NCBI GenBank assembly: GCA_016192545.1 | Contig: JACPTX010000054.1 | Span: 4,421 to 68,420 of the forward strand | From: Candidatus Omnitrophota bacterium | GTDB lineage: Bacteria > Omnitrophota > Gorgyraeia > Aquiviventales > Aquiviventaceae | Length of the DNA stretch: 64,000 nt | Direction of reading: 5' to 3' | In this document: in pieces, positions 62,281-64,000 of the stretch | How the letters are laid out: every line of letters starts with the position of its first letter | Position numbering within the stretch: position 1 is the first letter of the stretch | Translations under genes and position numbers: made by a program | The notes under the pieces: model-generated | Databases searched by the model: none | Seen by the model: the letters and a program-made list of their open reading frames with translations, nothing else | What the model was told of the DNA's origin: nothing

Positions 62281-62707
62281 CGGGCCGGCCGTCGAGATCT
62301 TCATCGACGGGGCCAGCCTCGGCAACCCCGGTCCGGCCGGCGTCGGCGCGGTCTTCCTCGATGAGCAGGGCGCGCGCCTGGCGCGGCTGTCCAAGTATGT
62401 GGGCGAGACGACGAACAACGTTGCCGAGTATCTCGCGCTCCTCTACGCGCTGCAGGAGGCCCAGGCACGGGGCTGGCGGCACGTCAGCGTCAAGACGGAC
62501 AGTGAATTGCTGGCCAAGCAGCTCAGCGGCGAGTACAAAGTCCGTGACCAGACCTTGCGGCTCTTTCATGAGTTGGCGCGTCACCTGATGCGCGCGTTTG
62601 AGCGGTGCGCCGTCGAGCACGTCAGCCGCAGCCGGAACGCCGAAGCTGACCGGTTGGCCGGTGAGGCGGTTGAAGACCGCTTTGATACCTCTGTCAAGCG
62701 TACGTAA
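62258..62707 (+). CDS. rnhA: ribonuclease HI
   Basis: The product has an IFIDGASLGNPGPAGVG start, an NNVAEY..L segment and a SRSRNAEADRLA C-terminal motif. Confidence 0.85.
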   Translation: MTPRTTADGPAVEIFIDGASLGNPGPAGVGAVFLDEQGARLARLSKYVGETTNNVAEYLALLYALQEAQARGWRHVSVKTDSELLAKQLSGEYKVRDQTLRLFHELARHLMRAFERCAVEHVSRSRNAEADRLAGEAVEDRFDTSVKRT

Positions 62708-62718
62708 GATCGTTCTTT

Positions 62719-63152
62719 GGAACCGAAGAGCAGCCTGATGGCCGCCTCGCCCTGTTCGGCAGGGGGCGGGGAGGAAAGTCCGAGCTCCGAAGGGCAGCGT
62801 ACCCTGTGAAACACAGGGCCCCCCAGGCCTTCCTGCCCCCAGACTGGGGGAAGGCAGGAATGGGGGAGGATCAGAGCCACAGAGACGAGTATCCCCGAGT
62901 CTTCCTGTCCCCCGTTCGCGGGGAAGACAGGATCGGGGGGACGTGAAACGCGGCAATCTCTACGTGGAGCAAGGCCAAACACCCTACGTTTCAGGTTGCC
63001 CGCCTGACCCCCATCGTTTTGCTTCGGTTTGCGAAGCAAAACGAAGCAATGGGGGCGTAGGAAGGTGGGCCGCAAGAGTCCCGTCGCAAGACGCGACCCA
63101 GATGGATGGCCATCCTCGACAGAACTCGGCTTACCGGCTGCTTTTCGGTTCC
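62719..63152 (+). ncRNA. rnpB: RNase P RNA, bacterial type A
   Basis: P1 pairing is GGAACCGAAGAGCAGCC with GGCTGCTTTTCGGTTCC. Conserved GGAGGAAAGTCCGAGCTCC, GGAGCAAGGCCAAA and ACAGAACTCGGCTTACCGG are present. It is longer than the E. coli RNA because of extra hairpins. Confidence 0.9.
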
Positions 63153-63157
63153 ATTTC

Positions 63158-63186
63158 TTGACCGTCGAGGAAAAAGCGAGTATACT
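63158..63186 (+). promoter_or_regulatory. sigma70-like promoter of rpsO
   Basis: TTGACC (63158-63163), 17-nt spacer, TATACT (63181-63186). Confidence 0.6.
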
Positions 63187-63199
63187 GGATGAACTTCAG

Positions 63200-63661
63200 A
63201 TGACGACCGCAGCAGCACCGAAGATGACCGTGATCAAGCAGTTTCAGCAGCACCAGCAGGACACCGGCTCGGCGCAGGTCCAGGTGGCCATTCTGACACA
63301 GCGGATCAACGGCCTGACCGGCCACTTCAAGGCCCATTCCCACGATGTCCACTCCCGCCAGGGGCTCCTCAAGATGGTCAGCCGCCGTCGCCGCTTGCTG
63401 GAGTACCTCAAGCGCCACGACGAGCCCAGCTACCGGAAACTCCTTGAGGCCTTGGCGCTGTTGTATGCAACGGCCTGTCGTGGACAGGCCCCGGCAGGTA
63501 GTGGGATGACCCCCCAGCGTGTATCGGCGCAAGTCGGCGCCTCTTCCATTACCCTTGAAACCGGCAAAGTCGCCAAGCAGGCGGACGGGTCCGTCGTCGT
63601 GCAGCAGGGCGGCACCGTCGTCCTGGTGACCGCCGTCTACGCCATCACGGCGTCCCTCTGA
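63200..63661 (+). CDS. rpsO: ribosomal protein S15 ORF lacking a stop at the expected position, so it reads in frame into the pnp start
   Basis: Residues 1-89 align with S15 (20 aa before DTGS, as in T. thermophilus S15). Codon 90 is GCA, not a stop. The frame continues through a hairpin (63472-63490) and the pnp ATG (63506) to TGA at 63659-63661. Confidence 0.75.
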   Translation: MTTAAAPKMTVIKQFQQHQQDTGSAQVQVAILTQRINGLTGHFKAHSHDVHSRQGLLKMVSRRRRLLEYLKRHDEPSYRKLLEALALLYATACRGQAPAGSGMTPQRVSAQVGASSITLETGKVAKQADGSVVVQQGGTVVLVTAVYAITASL

Positions 63662-64000
63662 CCGTCGACTACCGCGAGAAGACCTACGCCGCCGGAAAGA
63701 TTCCCGGCGGCTTTTTCAAGCGGGAAGGACGCCCCTCTGAGAAAGAGATCCTGACCGCCCGCTTGATCGACCGGCCGATTCGCCCCCTCTTTCCGCACGG
63801 GTTGCGGCATGACGTTCAGATCATGGCGATCGTGCTCTCCTCTGATGGCGAGTACGACCCGGATGTACTGGCTGTGCTCGGCGCCTCGACCGCCCTGCAG
63901 CTCTCGCCGCTGCCGCATCCCAGCCGGCCGGTCGGCGTCGTCCGTGTCGGGCTCGTGGGCGGCCAATGGGTGGCCAACCCGACCTATCAACAGCTGAACC
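63506..64000 (+). pseudogene. pnp: polynucleotide phosphorylase, 5' part, with an apparent frame break near 63640-63661
   Basis: [44 protein letters not shown] is in the rpsO frame. [46 protein letters not shown] continues in a different frame, and the linker between them is about 4-5 aa shorter than in E. coli or B. subtilis PNPase. The gene continues beyond the window end. Confidence 0.7.

Noticed and set aside
62192-63075. ORFs 62192-62956(-), 62581-63075(-) and the 5' part of 63029-63661(+).
   Set aside because: They overlap the RNase P RNA gene (62719-63152) and the rpsO promoter, so the RNA explains the sequence.

Overview
GC-rich bacterial chromosomal window (roughly two-thirds GC, judged by eye). 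It is gene-dense and almost entirely co-directional on the + strand. I cannot assign a taxon from sequence alone, but Lpt permeases and a secretin indicate a diderm cell. Main contents, in order:
- 1-11.6 kb: two AsmA/DUF748-like genes, three tRNAs, a single-subunit (ferredoxin-type) glutamate synthase, and an Fe-S assembly operon (apbC ... DUF971, cysteine desulfurase).
- 11.6-26.3 kb: apgM, pepA, folE, a CbiX-like protein, thiC, class I aldolase, two paralogous two-subunit 2-oxoacid:ferredoxin oxidoreductase pairs, and aspA.
- 26.4-33.8 kb: a four-tRNA cluster, then a PTS-Ntr-like block (ptsN, yvcK-like, GH57, ptsH, ptsI) and a nucleotidyltransferase.
- 33.8-39.2 kb: metK-ahcY, then comF-lptF-lptG on the minus strand.
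- 39.4-43.0 kb: an SGNH / SxtJ-like / carbamoyltransferase / DUF5989-like module.
- 43.3-57.2 kb: a complete type IV pilus locus (pilT, stand-alone MshEN domain, two pilB, pilC, four pilins, pilMNOPQ).
- 57.3-64.0 kb: cvpA, dnaG-rpoD, two tRNAs, a zinc-ribbon protein, rnhA, RNase P RNA, rpsO and the start of pnp.

The most interesting signals are non-coding:
1. Palindromic intercistronic elements are bounded on both sides by ATGA, so the left ATGA supplies the upstream TGA stop and the right ATGA supplies the downstream ATG start. Most units are themselves stop-free mini-ORFs running from ATGA to ATGA. This holds for one repeat family at three loci, and for an unrelated 123-bp nested palindrome between lptF and lptG.
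2. A GEMM-I (c-di-GMP-I) riboswitch-like sequence lies just upstream of the pilus ATPase operon. That operon also encodes a stand-alone protein with a textbook tandem MshEN c-di-GMP-binding motif.
3. A strong sigma70-type promoter drives a ~220-nt multi-hairpin leader with mutually exclusive antiterminator and terminator helices, just upstream of the major pilin. I could not assign it to any riboswitch class I know.
4. Two further intergenic repeat families are present: GGGGTCAGACCCC-type elements that always sit just 5' of a canonical SD, and AT-rich GGGACGTTTCTATTTTT hairpins.

No CRISPR array, integrase, transposase or recognisable defence system was seen.
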